From positions 744,242 to 808,241 of the forward strand of contig CAZALK010000001.1 of assembly GCA_964486045.1 (NCBI GenBank): a stretch of DNA of 64,000 bases. The letters run 5' to 3'. Source of the DNA: an uncultured archaeon (GTDB taxonomy: Archaea > Asgardarchaeota > Lokiarchaeia > Sigyniarchaeales > SOKP01). The notes beneath the pieces are model-generated. The model did no database searches and was not told the DNA's origin. It worked only from the letters and a program-made list of their open reading frames with translations. Position 1 is the first letter of the stretch, and each line of letters starts with the position of its first letter. This document shows positions 18,736-28,558 of the stretch, piece by piece. Made by a program: the position numbers and the translations under genes.

Positions 18736-20625
18736 ATGTCAATTAACCCATTTTCATTGAATGAAATAAAAAATCTTCGAGAAATTGTTGAGAAAAATGG
18801 TTGGAAAATCAATGGATCGATTGAAAATTATTTTCGGTATAGTATCAAAAGGGAGAAAATTCTCATTTTCACTATAAAATTTCCTATAACATTACCAATA
18901 AGGATTAATATACCATTTGAAGTTGTAAATTTCCGTGTTTCAATAGCTTTTCAATTATGGAATTTGAATCAGAATGCTTTCACTATTATACTTTATTTAA
19001 TGAAAGTTCTTCGAACTCTAGCAATTTCTCTAACTCTAGAACATAATTTTCCAATGAAAGGAAAAGAGTCGGTACTCATTGATTTATTAAATCTAATTAT
19101 GCCTGAGCTTATTATAGATGAACATGAGAATACTTGGTTAAATCGCATCAGGATTTCTCTCATGAATAAAAGTGAGCAATTAAAGGATTTATCTGAGCAA
19201 CAACATAGAAATCTAGTGGGATCTTTAATAAATCTTGGATTAGAACCTAGTTTTAGCTTACCTTGGGAATTAAAGAATGGAGTTCCTAAAATTCGAACAT
19301 CAGAAACATTATTTTTTTCAAATGATAAAGATTTTGATGAATTTTTTGTTTTAGAGAAAGGATTTTTTACATATTTCAAAGATCTCGAATATAAGAAATT
19401 TTATATCAGAAGCTCGTTTGACAGCTATTCTCCACATATTCTAGTTGAATTATTTAATGACCATCCTGACTTTAAATTAGAATTATTGGTAGAAAATTGG
19501 ATAAAATTTAGCAGAATAATATCAAATTCAATTATTGATGTAATTGAGAATGGAAAGATTAATCAACGCGAGCTTCTCAATTTCAGACCATCGAAAGAAT
19601 TAGTCTATCGAAGTAACAACTATGTTTTAGATCAAATTAATTTCCCATTTTCACCATTATGTTATGAGAGTTCAATAGCAAAAGAACTATTCCCCTTTCA
19701 TATTGACTTATTCAACAAACCCCCTACCAATTTTGAAGTAATTGAATCTATTAATCATTATACAGAAGCAGAAGAGCTTATTAAAAATTACCGTTTTGAG
19801 GAAGCAACTAAATTATTGAATGATTCACTAAAAATCTTTAACAAGAATCAACAAAAAAAGGTAGTAGTCTCAATTTTGTTAAAATTAAGAAAAATCGCTA
19901 CTCTATTAGACAATGAAGAGCTAGCAGTTAATTACTTACAGAGCGCTCTTAGCATTGCTAAATCTGGGGAAGTGCCAATTGATTATATAATTAAAATTCA
20001 CCAAAAATTAGGAATTAGTTATTTCAAAAATAAAAATTACGATAGAGCGTTGGATCATTTTAAAATAATAAAGAATTTTTTAGAAAAGGAGAAAATATCT
20101 CTTATTAAAGAAAGCTATTTAGGCATGGCCTATCTTTATACAGGATTAATTTATTTAGATCAAAATAAAATTGTTGAATCAAAAGCCAATTTTAAAGAAG
20201 TCCTTGAAATTGGAAAACGGTTCATTAAAGTAAAATTAAAATATTTCTTAACACGTGCTATCTATTTTAAAAATCAAGGAAATCTATCACAAGCCCAAAG
20301 ATTCTTAAAAGCGGGGTTAAATGTTAATGAGATTCGTTTTAATAATAACTCTCACCAAAATGTTTTGATTGATTTTATACTGGAGTTAGCCGAGTTCTAT
20401 ATTCATCATCGAAGAGATTCTAGAAAAGCTCTTTACTTTTTGAATAGTTTAGAGAACCACCTCTCTCCTAATGAAATTAATACTATAAAGAGAGCTATTA
20501 GATGGAATTTGCTGATGAGTGATTATTATAATGGTCTAGAAAAAAATCGTCAAAAATCACAATTCTATGTAAAAGAAAGCCAAAAACTAAAAAGTCAACT
20601 TCACACAATTGGGGTAAATAATTAA
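18736..20625 (+). CDS. Hypothetical protein with C-terminal TPR repeats
   Basis: LGISYFKNKNYDRALDHF and AYLYTGLIYLDQ are TPR-like helices. Confidence 0.75.
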   Translation: MSINPFSLNEIKNLREIVEKNGWKINGSIENYFRYSIKREKILIFTIKFPITLPIRINIPFEVVNFRVSIAFQLWNLNQNAFTIILYLMKVLRTLAISLTLEHNFPMKGKESVLIDLLNLIMPELIIDEHENTWLNRIRISLMNKSEQLKDLSEQQHRNLVGSLINLGLEPSFSLPWELKNGVPKIRTSETLFFSNDKDFDEFFVLEKGFFTYFKDLEYKKFYIRSSFDSYSPHILVELFNDHPDFKLELLVENWIKFSRIISNSIIDVIENGKINQRELLNFRPSKELVYRSNNYVLDQINFPFSPLCYESSIAKELFPFHIDLFNKPPTNFEVIESINHYTEAEELIKNYRFEEATKLLNDSLKIFNKNQQKKVVVSILLKLRKIATLLDNEELAVNYLQSALSIAKSGEVPIDYIIKIHQKLGISYFKNKNYDRALDHFKIIKNFLEKEKISLIKESYLGMAYLYTGLIYLDQNKIVESKANFKEVLEIGKRFIKVKLKYFLTRAIYFKNQGNLSQAQRFLKAGLNVNEIRFNNNSHQNVLIDFILELAEFYIHHRRDSRKALYFLNSLENHLSPNEINTIKRAIRWNLLMSDYYNGLEKNRQKSQFYVKESQKLKSQLHTIGVNN

Positions 20626-20640
20626 AAATTTGAAAGAGTT

Positions 20641-20844
20641 TTACCTTTTAAATCGAGATCTCTTTGCTCCAAGACTGTCCTGTTGACCACCAAATCGTTC
20701 ATTAATAAATCGAGCTTTATACAACTCTCTGAATCGTATTCTTGGAGGCTTTTTCTTACGAGAATTTACACCACTTCTTGCAATTCGTGGAGTTTGTTGT
20801 TTAACTTTTCCTGCTTTAGTTAACGAACCATGAGAACCAGGCAT
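20641..20844 (-). CDS. rps30e: 30S ribosomal protein eS30 (S30e)
   Basis: SHGSLTKAGKVKQQTP signature. Confidence 0.95.
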   Translation of the reverse strand: MPGSHGSLTKAGKVKQQTPRIARSGVNSRKKKPPRIRFRELYKARFINERFGGQQDSLGAKRSRFKR

Positions 20845-21008
20845 TTTTTTCTTATCAACTCAATATTATATTTATACTAAGAATATTAAATAATTTCAAA
20901 TTCTTAAATTTTGGCATCTAAAACTTTCCTTAAAGATTGGACCCCATTTTTTTATTAAGTTTATTCATAATTTCTTTAATTAAATTTAATCTTACCCTAT
21001 TTTCTATT

Positions 21009-21158
21009 ATGTCTGATAAAGGATTTGATAAAAAAAAAGTTGAAAAAGACGAGGAAAAAATATTATATAGCACTAGCAAGATAATCTGCTTTGCGTGCGG
21101 AGAACAAATTAAAAAAAAAACAAAAGTCTGTCCTTATTGTAAAACAGCTATATCGTAA
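21009..21158 (+). CDS. Small zinc-ribbon protein
   Basis: MSDKGFD...ICFACGEQI...VCPYCKT; ATG 21009 preferred over the upstream TTG. Confidence 0.7.
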   Translation: MSDKGFDKKKVEKDEEKILYSTSKIICFACGEQIKKKTKVCPYCKTAIS

Positions 21159-21235
21159 TAATTTCATTCATATATCTTAAACTTAAAGAAATATTATAAT
21201 TTATACAGAATAAATTATTCAAAAAATGCAATTAT

Positions 21236-21733
21236 ATGATTTCTAGTAATCGAAGCTCACAGAAAAAAAGCTTGTTGCGTGTATGGGTTTATTTGTTTAT
21301 ATTAATCACATCCTTATCTTTTATTTTATCTCTGATAGTAAATCCCTTCTGGTGGATCTTACTTCCTTTGTCATTTTTCTTATTTATCATAATCCAACTC
21401 ATGTCTCGGTATTTTTGGTTAGAGGAAAAAATTTGCCCTCGCTGTAATAATCCTGTAGGTAAATATAGTGAATTCTGTAGAAATTGTGGATTCAAACTTT
21501 TTTACAGGTGTATATCATGTGGAAAATATATGCGAGCTGATGCTCAATTTTGCGATAATTGCAACATTAAGCTTGAACACACCGAGGAAGAGAAAAAGAC
21601 AATTGAATATCCCATAGTAGAAAAAGGTTCTCCACCTCCTGAAATGCCTAATTTTTGCGAAACTTGCGGTACTGAAGTAAAACACACAGGCGTTATTAGA
21701 TTTTGTGAAGAATGTGGAGCAAAACTAAAATAA
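21236..21733 (+). CDS. Membrane-anchored multi-zinc-ribbon (DZR) protein
   Basis: Two N-terminal transmembrane segments followed by six CxxC motifs. Confidence 0.85.
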   Translation: MISSNRSSQKKSLLRVWVYLFILITSLSFILSLIVNPFWWILLPLSFFLFIIIQLMSRYFWLEEKICPRCNNPVGKYSEFCRNCGFKLFYRCISCGKYMRADAQFCDNCNIKLEHTEEEKKTIEYPIVEKGSPPPEMPNFCETCGTEVKHTGVIRFCEECGAKLK

Positions 21734-21907
21734 AATTTTAAAGGATTATCCCCTCTTCGAATCTTTAATAGCAGAGATTTTTAAACGTTAAAGCTAAAAA
21801 TTGTGAGTTTAAGCAAAATTTCTAAATAGTTCTTCATAATTTATATTTTCTCAAACCAATCAATAAAACCTTAAAGAATAGAAATTTTTTTATCTTAAAC
21901 AAGAAAA

Positions 21908-22543
21908 ATGGTGAGAAGATCAATTTCAGAAAAGAGAAAGGAAATTTTTAACAAAAGTGAAGGTCGACGAAAATCAATTTACCTTTCTAAACCAAGAGTT
22001 CCCCCCTTAGAAGAATCAAAGTGGGATGATGATGCTCGAAATTTGATAGAAGGGTGGCGAAAATTGAATAATAGAAAAGAAGTAATAAACATTTTGGCCA
22101 CAATGGCGAATTATTCGAAGTTATATAATCGATGGCGTGTTTTCGGGAATCATGTTTTGTATAAGTCCTCACTTCCTATTAGAGAAAAAGAAATCCTTAT
22201 TCTCCGTACAGGATGGCTCTGTAATTCGAAGTATGAATGGGGACAACATAGCCTTATAGGAAAACGTTTTGGCCTAAGCGAGGAGGAGATATTACGGATT
22301 AAGGAAGGTCCAAATGCTAAAGGTTGGAGCGATTTCGAATCTATATTGCTACGCGCGGCGGATGAATTATATGTTGACTCATTTATAAGCGATTCTACAT
22401 GGGAAGAGCTTGCTAAAACTTATAATACTCAACAATTGTTAGATGTAGTTTTTACTGTTGGACAATACAATTTAACAGCAATGGTCCTAAACTCTCTCGG
22501 CATTCAACTTGAAAAAGGTATGGAAGATTTTCCAGAATTTTAA
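21908..22543 (+). CDS. Carboxymuconolactone decarboxylase/AhpD-family protein
   Basis: LPIREKEILILRTGWLCNSKYEWGQH and LLRAADEL motifs. Confidence 0.9.
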   Translation: MVRRSISEKRKEIFNKSEGRRKSIYLSKPRVPPLEESKWDDDARNLIEGWRKLNNRKEVINILATMANYSKLYNRWRVFGNHVLYKSSLPIREKEILILRTGWLCNSKYEWGQHSLIGKRFGLSEEEILRIKEGPNAKGWSDFESILLRAADELYVDSFISDSTWEELAKTYNTQQLLDVVFTVGQYNLTAMVLNSLGIQLEKGMEDFPEF

Positions 22544-22760
22544 ATATGGATCTTACTTTGCTGATTTTAAAATTAATGGTAAGGATAAAAAAATTCGCCA
22601 ACATATAGAGTATTTGGAATATTTAGCTCGTTCCTATGGATTTAGATTAGAAGAGTACAAAAGAAGGAAAGGTTTTTTATTGAGATTTTTTGGTGATACA
22701 CAAGAGATTATTGATGAATTTGTATCGCTGTGTTGCAATACTGATTATATTGTCTGGTAA
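22509..22760 (+). CDS. Small hypothetical protein (start uncertain)
   Basis: 83-aa ORF with protein-like composition; overlaps the upstream gene by 35 nt. Confidence 0.4.
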   Translation: MKKVWKIFQNFKYGSYFADFKINGKDKKIRQHIEYLEYLARSYGFRLEEYKRRKGFLLRFFGDTQEIIDEFVSLCCNTDYIVW

Positions 22761-22882
22761 TAGGGTATATTTTTCTATGTTCTAGATATATAATTTATGT
22801 TAGATTAATATATTTTACAGATCTACTAATTATTTTAAGCATGAAAGTATTTATTCTTGGAATAATTTTATTACTTACCTAA

Positions 22883-23047
22883 GGGGACTTGGTGTAGTTT
22901 TCTAAGCAAATCGCTTAGTAAACATAACCCGGTGGCACAGCAGGCTCCAGATCCTACAAGCAAAAGCTGTTCCGTGGACACCTGTCGGTCGGGGGTTCAA
23001 TGTGGGATGCTAAAATCGCATTCTACGGATACATCCCTCAGTCCCCA
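22883..23047 (+). tRNA. trnW: tRNA-Trp(CCA) with three introns: 22898-22927 (15/16), 22951-22979 (37/38, or equivalently 38/39) and 23001-23032 (58/59)
   Basis: Spliced cloverleaf GGGGACT TG GTGT AGCCCGGTG GCAC A GCAGG CT-CCA-GA CCTGT CGGTC GGGGG TTCAAAT CCCTC AGTCCCC A. BHB motifs at the D-loop and T-loop introns; 3' CCA not encoded. Confidence 0.92.
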
Positions 23048-23321
23048 TTCTTTTTTCTTTTTCTAAATGTAAATTCATCAATAGTTCAGTACTAATTAAT
23101 CTTAAGTAATATAGAAAATCATACGGTCTAGGATAATAATATGGTTAAACGAGAGAAATTCGTTTAGAAATTAATTTGTTGAGAGAAAAAACTAACCATT
23201 TTACTTTTTAAATGTAATTAAATTAGAGTATTTTTTTATGAAATTTAACAAGTGAGTTAATCTTTTTGAATTTTCTCCTTTAATTTGAAGAATTAATATA
23301 ATTAGGTGAAAGCAAATTAAA

Positions 23322-23525
23322 ATTGGATGGAAATTATATAAGGGTACGTACCCCTTCGTATGTGATCGTTGTGGATTTTTTCAATATGAAAATAGGTCTA
23401 TTTGTGAGGGATGTGGAAGTAGTAAAACAATAAGGAAAATAACTAAAAAAGATTGGAAAAAACACCAATTACATAAGCACGCGAAATCAATAAAGCCACA
23501 TCCGTTGGAAGAAATACCTTATTAA
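23322..23525 (+). CDS. Small zinc-ribbon protein, probable ATT start (absent from ORF track)
   Basis: (M)GWKLYKGTYPFVCDRCGFFQYENRSICEGCGSSK...; no in-frame ATG/GTG/TTG before the cysteines; AGGTGA at 23304-23309; ATT at 23316 or 23322. Confidence 0.6.
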   Translation: MGWKLYKGTYPFVCDRCGFFQYENRSICEGCGSSKTIRKITKKDWKKHQLHKHAKSIKPHPLEEIPY

Positions 23526-23670
23526 TTTTCTAATTTTTTTCCTAAATATTAAAACAGCCTAATTAGACTCCTCAGTCTTCAGCAAAAATTTTAAAACTAA
23601 TTTAGAAACATAATAAACATTAAAATTTGTAATTACCTTTCATAATCAATATAGAATAAAGTGTTAGACT

Positions 23671-24597
23671 ATGTCAGAATTGTTTGATGAGATTGAGGAA
23701 GTATATATTGAAACGAATGGAATAAAGCTTCATACTGTGTTAATTGGATCTGGGAAACCATTAATTTTATTGCATGGTTTTCCTGATTTTTGGTATGGTT
23801 GGAAAAATATAATGCTTGGGTTGAAGGACCAGTATAGATTAATTGTTCCAGATATGCGTGGTTATAACCTTTCCGATAAACCTGAAGGGAGAGAAAATTA
23901 TACTCTTGAGCTTCTAATTAATGATATTAAAGGATTAGGCGAATCATTAAACTTGGGAAAATTCTACCTTGCAGGGCATGATTGGGGTGGTCCTATTGCC
24001 TGGGCGTTTGCTGGAATGTTTCCAGAATTATTAGAAAAGCTGATATTAATAAATGGTCCCCACCCTTTAATAATAAGAGACCTCATCGCAAAAGATGATG
24101 ATCAAAGAAAGGCTAGTTCTTACATTTTCGAATTTCTAAAACCTGACAGTGCTAATAACCTCATGGATAACGATTTTCAAATTTTGAAGGCAGTTTTGAA
24201 TATGGATTTTCAAAATTTAGCGGGTCTTCTTAGAGGGTCAGGTATAGATGATATTTCTGAAATGCCAAAAAGAGAAAAAACATTAAGCAAGTTTGATGAG
24301 GAAAAATATGTGGAAGCTTGGTCTCAACCAGGTGCGATTAACGCTGGATTGGATTATTATCGAGCCTCAGTTACTGAACAATTAATAGGTAATGTGTGGA
24401 GCGGAGAAATTAATGTTCCAACACTAGTCATTCACGGGATGAAAGATGTTGCTCTAACTCCAAAAATTTTAAACGGTTTAGATGACTATGTAAAGGATCT
24501 GAAAATTGTGAAGATTGAAAACGCCTCTCATTGGGTTATGGTTGATGCTCCTGATATCGTCAATTCTAGTATAAAAAATTTCATTAAAAATGGTTAG
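23671..24597 (+). CDS. Alpha/beta hydrolase, epoxide-hydrolase-like
   Basis: LLHGFPDFWYGW, PDMRGYNLSDKP, GHDWGG nucleophile elbow and ASHWV. Confidence 0.92.
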   Translation: MSELFDEIEEVYIETNGIKLHTVLIGSGKPLILLHGFPDFWYGWKNIMLGLKDQYRLIVPDMRGYNLSDKPEGRENYTLELLINDIKGLGESLNLGKFYLAGHDWGGPIAWAFAGMFPELLEKLILINGPHPLIIRDLIAKDDDQRKASSYIFEFLKPDSANNLMDNDFQILKAVLNMDFQNLAGLLRGSGIDDISEMPKREKTLSKFDEEKYVEAWSQPGAINAGLDYYRASVTEQLIGNVWSGEINVPTLVIHGMKDVALTPKILNGLDDYVKDLKIVKIENASHWVMVDAPDIVNSSIKNFIKNG

Positions 24598-24615
24598 GTT
24601 AAAAAAAGTATTTCA

Positions 24616-26550
24616 TTAGAGGTTTTCCAATCTTTCTTGTTCCTTTTTTTTCCTGCTTTCTATTTTTTTCTTTTGTTTATCAAGTTTCTTTCGTTTTTTT
24701 GCTTCTTGTTTTGCTTCTTTTTCTTTTAACTTTCTTTCTTGCTTCAACCTTTTAAGTTCCAATTTTTCTTTTTCAATGGCTTCTATTTCTGCTTTTTCTC
24801 TTTCTACTCGTTCCCTTTCTAATCTGATCTCTTCTCTTCTTTCTTTCTCAATTTTTTCTAATCTAGCTTTTTCTGCGTGTTCTTGCCTTAATCTTTCTCT
24901 TTCTATTCTTTCCATTTCTAAACGAACTTTTTCCTTTTTTGCCTTTTCTCGTTTTTCCCTTTCTATTCTCTCTATTTCTTCTCTCTTTCTCCTTTCTTTC
25001 TCCAAACGAATGCTTTCTAATCTTTCTCTTTCTTTCATCTCTTTTTCTTCGATTTCAAAGCGCCATGAATCAATTTTTTGACTTAATTCTTGTTTTTCTT
25101 TTAATGACAATCCAAGACTAGGTTCTTTTTTCATGTAGATGTTTGCATATTTACTCATTTCCCATATTTTTGTCTGATGGGTAGTGGTTGCACTAACTCC
25201 TATCTGTCTCATACTCTCCCTAGCGATTTCAAAAGCTTGTCCAATAGACCGCATCTCAAAGTTCTCTTCAATAACCTTTTTTAAATACTGTAGAATTTGT
25301 TTAATATCAGCTACGGGCGGATTGGGTAATGGTTTAAATCCAACTTTTTCAGATTTTAATGTTTCAAGCTCAAACTTTTCTTGTTTATATTCAGGGGTTA
25401 TCATAACGTTGACATCAGGACTTTGAATATCATTTTTTTTAAGATAAGTGTGGTGCTGTATTATTTCGGGTGGAACCATGGGTTCTTTTTTTGCTTTTCT
25501 CTTAAATTGTATTGGCCAGCTTGCAAATGCGTAAAGTCTATCTTCTGCAGAAGCAAAAATTGAATGTTTGGATGACTTTCTTCTTGTTAATTCTTTTTGT
25601 GGGGGAGATATATGGGAGATACCGGAACTTATCATGGTTGATGCATTTTCTAGGATTGAGAATAAATACATAGGATCAAACTCCAAATTAGAATAAATAC
25701 TTTTCAAAGAATTAATCTTATTTTCAATAATTGTAAGATTTTCTGGAGATAATGTTTCATCTAGCTGTTGATCAGCTGCAAAAACAATTCCGTTTAATCC
25801 TGCTACTGAATCTAAGTACAAAAGATCTGCTTTTTCTTTCATTTTATCAGAAACTAAAATCTGATTGTAAAAATTCCAATGAGTACTCAATAGCATATGA
25901 CCATCTTTAGCAATTTGATAGGAATCACCATTACGGATTGTTTCCATCATCTCTAAAAATATATCCTTATGTGGTATGAATATATTTCTCATTAAAGCAC
26001 CCTTTATGAAAGTTTTATGGCTCTCTGATTTATGTGATAAATCAACTGGAACTTTAATCACTTTTTCTGCGATGATAACATCTTGATCATCTTCTAAAGT
26101 TACATTTGCAGATGTAGCCATATTGTCATAAGCGAAGTCAGAAAGTATTAATCCCGTTAAAATTCTATTGTCTGTTATATACTTACCAGATTCTAATTCA
26201 AATTTTAAAAAATAATACCCTAAACCAAAAAGATTATGGAGTGTTCCTCTTTCAATCTCAATGGAATAGTCGTAACCGGCAAAGAAGATAACTGTATCTG
26301 AAATTATTTTTGAGACCTGATGATGAGCATATTTTCCTAATGTAGGATAACCTAACAAGGCGCCCCAACTGGGTATCATAAAAAGCGATTTACTGGGATA
26401 TAATTTGTTCTCCATTTTCAGTTTTTCAATTCTTTCTTTTTCAAGTTGTTCTTTTTCGAGGCGCTCTTTCTCTAACCTTTCCTTTTCCAATTTTTCCTTT
26501 TCAAGTCTTTCTTTTTCCGATTGTTCTTCATCCATTTTCTCTATTTCCAT
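24616..26550 (-). CDS. Hypothetical protein with EKERL-type charged repeats at both ends
   Basis: 644-aa ORF with N-terminal (EKERL)n pentapeptides, a long C-terminal E/K/R helix and a globular middle. Confidence 0.75.
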   Translation of the reverse strand: MEIEKMDEEQSEKERLEKEKLEKERLEKERLEKEQLEKERIEKLKMENKLYPSKSLFMIPSWGALLGYPTLGKYAHHQVSKIISDTVIFFAGYDYSIEIERGTLHNLFGLGYYFLKFELESGKYITDNRILTGLILSDFAYDNMATSANVTLEDDQDVIIAEKVIKVPVDLSHKSESHKTFIKGALMRNIFIPHKDIFLEMMETIRNGDSYQIAKDGHMLLSTHWNFYNQILVSDKMKEKADLLYLDSVAGLNGIVFAADQQLDETLSPENLTIIENKINSLKSIYSNLEFDPMYLFSILENASTMISSGISHISPPQKELTRRKSSKHSIFASAEDRLYAFASWPIQFKRKAKKEPMVPPEIIQHHTYLKKNDIQSPDVNVMITPEYKQEKFELETLKSEKVGFKPLPNPPVADIKQILQYLKKVIEENFEMRSIGQAFEIARESMRQIGVSATTTHQTKIWEMSKYANIYMKKEPSLGLSLKEKQELSQKIDSWRFEIEEKEMKERERLESIRLEKERRKREEIERIEREKREKAKKEKVRLEMERIERERLRQEHAEKARLEKIEKERREEIRLERERVEREKAEIEAIEKEKLELKRLKQERKLKEKEAKQEAKKRKKLDKQKKKIESRKKKEQERLENL

Positions 26551-26778
26551 GATATCAGCTCGAAATATGTTTGAAAAATTAAAAAAAATGATTTCTAATA
26601 TTATTATTATAATTACTATCTAATAATTTATGATTTTCTCATCCTATTCTAATTTCATGTTATATTTGAAAGGAATTTTATTAAATCGATTTGATATTGA
26701 ATTGCTTTATATAATAAAATTAATATGAAAAACTAACAATTATTTTATTTAGAAGTAATGAAATTTAAGGTTTAAATT

Positions 26779-27156
26779 TTGTATCGAATCGAAAAAATTG
26801 GGGAACATCATTTTTATATAAAAGTCTTAGGCTTATTTCCCCCATCAGTGGCAAAACGTTGTATAAAGGAGTTTAAAAAGAAGACAAAGAAATTAGAAGA
26901 GTTCTCTGCAATTATTGATGGTTTAGATTTTATATTTCTTAATCTCGATTCATTTAAAATTGTTTTAGACTACCTCAAAGAAAATGAGGAGAGATTAAAT
27001 AAATCTTCCTGGGTTATTTCAAAAAATCCCACATTAGATAAAGAAATCGAAATTCTTTTAGAGAGAGCTGAATCTCCTAAACGGAAAATTGTGCAAACGC
27101 TTGAAGAGGCAAAGGAATGGATTGGAGTTAGTGATATAAAAATAATGCGGGATTAA
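26779..27156 (+). CDS. STAS/SEC14 (SpoIIAA-like) domain protein
   Basis: Size and C-terminal TLEEAKEWI pattern. Confidence 0.6.
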   Translation: MYRIEKIGEHHFYIKVLGLFPPSVAKRCIKEFKKKTKKLEEFSAIIDGLDFIFLNLDSFKIVLDYLKENEERLNKSSWVISKNPTLDKEIEILLERAESPKRKIVQTLEEAKEWIGVSDIKIMRD

Positions 27157-27179
27157 CGCTAATTATTAATAAATAAGAT

Positions 27180-27980
27180 TTAATCTAAATTTAAACGTTT
27201 TTTACATAAATCAATCGCTGTTGGATTATTATCTACACCGATCCAATTTCTTTTAAATTTTTCTGCCATAGCTAAAGTTGTACCAGTTCCACAAAAAAAG
27301 TCAGCAATAAGGTCTCCTTCATTAGAAGATGATAAAATTATTCGTTTAAGCAGCTTTTCTGGCTTTTGGGTTGGATACCCTAAATATTTCTTTGATCTAG
27401 TTCTAGTTTGATAGGAATATATATCATTCCAAACATCTCCTATCGTATTTCCTGGTTTTTCATCTAAGTATTGTTTACCGCCACGCCTTTTTCTATAAAG
27501 TCGTCCATCCTCGTCTTTATATCGAAACATTTTTTTAATATATTCTTCCCTGTAAGGGATATATTGTTTATTAAAGGTGTATTTACTAGATTTAGTGTAA
27601 TATAAGATTGTGTCATGCTGACGTACCCAACCTTTAACTTGACTTTTAAATCCCGAAACACTTCCCACATTCCATATTATCTCTCTTCTAAAAAGTTTTT
27701 TTCCAAAGATACTATCACATAAGAGTTTGAGATCAAATACAGCATTCGCATCGCAATGACAGTAGAAACTGCCAGAAGTCTTTAAAACTCTATGTATTTC
27801 TTTTACCCTTTCTTCCATAAACATTAAATAACCATCAAAAGAGTCCCATATATCATCGAATTCCTTATAATTAACACCCGTGTAGAAGGGAGGATCAATA
27901 TATATTAGGTCAATATACTCAGAATCGAGTTTTCTCAAGAACTCTAAATTTTCTACTAAATAAACCGTATTCAATTTCAT
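27180..27980 (-). CDS. Orphan beta-class N6-adenine/N4-cytosine DNA methyltransferase
   Basis: IDLIYIDPPF (motif IV) precedes YPTQKPEKLL and DFFCGTGTT (motif I); ATG 27980 preferred. Confidence 0.92.
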   Translation of the reverse strand: MKLNTVYLVENLEFLRKLDSEYIDLIYIDPPFYTGVNYKEFDDIWDSFDGYLMFMEERVKEIHRVLKTSGSFYCHCDANAVFDLKLLCDSIFGKKLFRREIIWNVGSVSGFKSQVKGWVRQHDTILYYTKSSKYTFNKQYIPYREEYIKKMFRYKDEDGRLYRKRRGGKQYLDEKPGNTIGDVWNDIYSYQTRTRSKKYLGYPTQKPEKLLKRIILSSSNEGDLIADFFCGTGTTLAMAEKFKRNWIGVDNNPTAIDLCKKRLNLD

Positions 27981-28018
27981 TAAGTAATTAAATAGAACTA
28001 ATGATTTATACAATTATT

Positions 28019-28402
28019 ATGAGTAAGGAACGATTAAATAAGAATTTCTTGGATGAATTTAAGGAATATGATTTTTCAAAAATTCAAGAGAATAAAATTT
28101 TTCTGGTAGGATCAATCCGCTTTAAGGACTATTTTATCAAAATTGAATCGATTTTACAGATTTTATTTAAAAAAATTGTATATATTTGTTCGGTTGATGG
28201 ATTATTAAACAAGCAAAAGTTTTCTCCAAAAGAATGGGAAGGTTTGCAAGAAATTGCTTTGAAAAAATTGGAAGATCAAGATGCTCTATTAGTGTTGGAC
28301 GTAAATAATTATATTGGTGAGCATTCTAAAGAAGAAATCGAATTGTTTAGGACGAAATATAAAAAACCAGTATATTACCTAACAGAATTAAGGAGGAATT
28401 AA
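28019..28402 (+). CDS. Nucleoside 2-deoxyribosyltransferase-like Rossmann-fold protein
   Basis: IFLVGSIRF...KKLEDQDALLVLDVNNYIGEHSKEEIE...KPVYY pattern. Confidence 0.55.
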   Translation: MSKERLNKNFLDEFKEYDFSKIQENKIFLVGSIRFKDYFIKIESILQILFKKIVYICSVDGLLNKQKFSPKEWEGLQEIALKKLEDQDALLVLDVNNYIGEHSKEEIELFRTKYKKPVYYLTELRRN

Positions 28403-28558
28403 CAAACCTTCTATCGCTTTGTAAAGAATTATTTCTCAAACACTCAAAAATGGGTAGAAAATCATTAATTTTGTAATCTCATTTTTTTTTTAAGAAAAAA
28501 CTACTATTTAGATATAAGCTAATAATAGGAAAAAAAAATATAAAGGTTTAAACGCAAA

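Noticed and set aside
22951-22979. Box C/D guide RNA in the tRNA-Trp intron, as in Euryarchaeota
   Set aside because: Only 29 nt long, with no RUGAUGA or CUGA boxes.
24776-25563. Ser/Phe/Leu-rich antisense ORFs here and opposite other long genes
   Set aside because: Shadow frames produced by E/K/R-rich codons on the coding strand.
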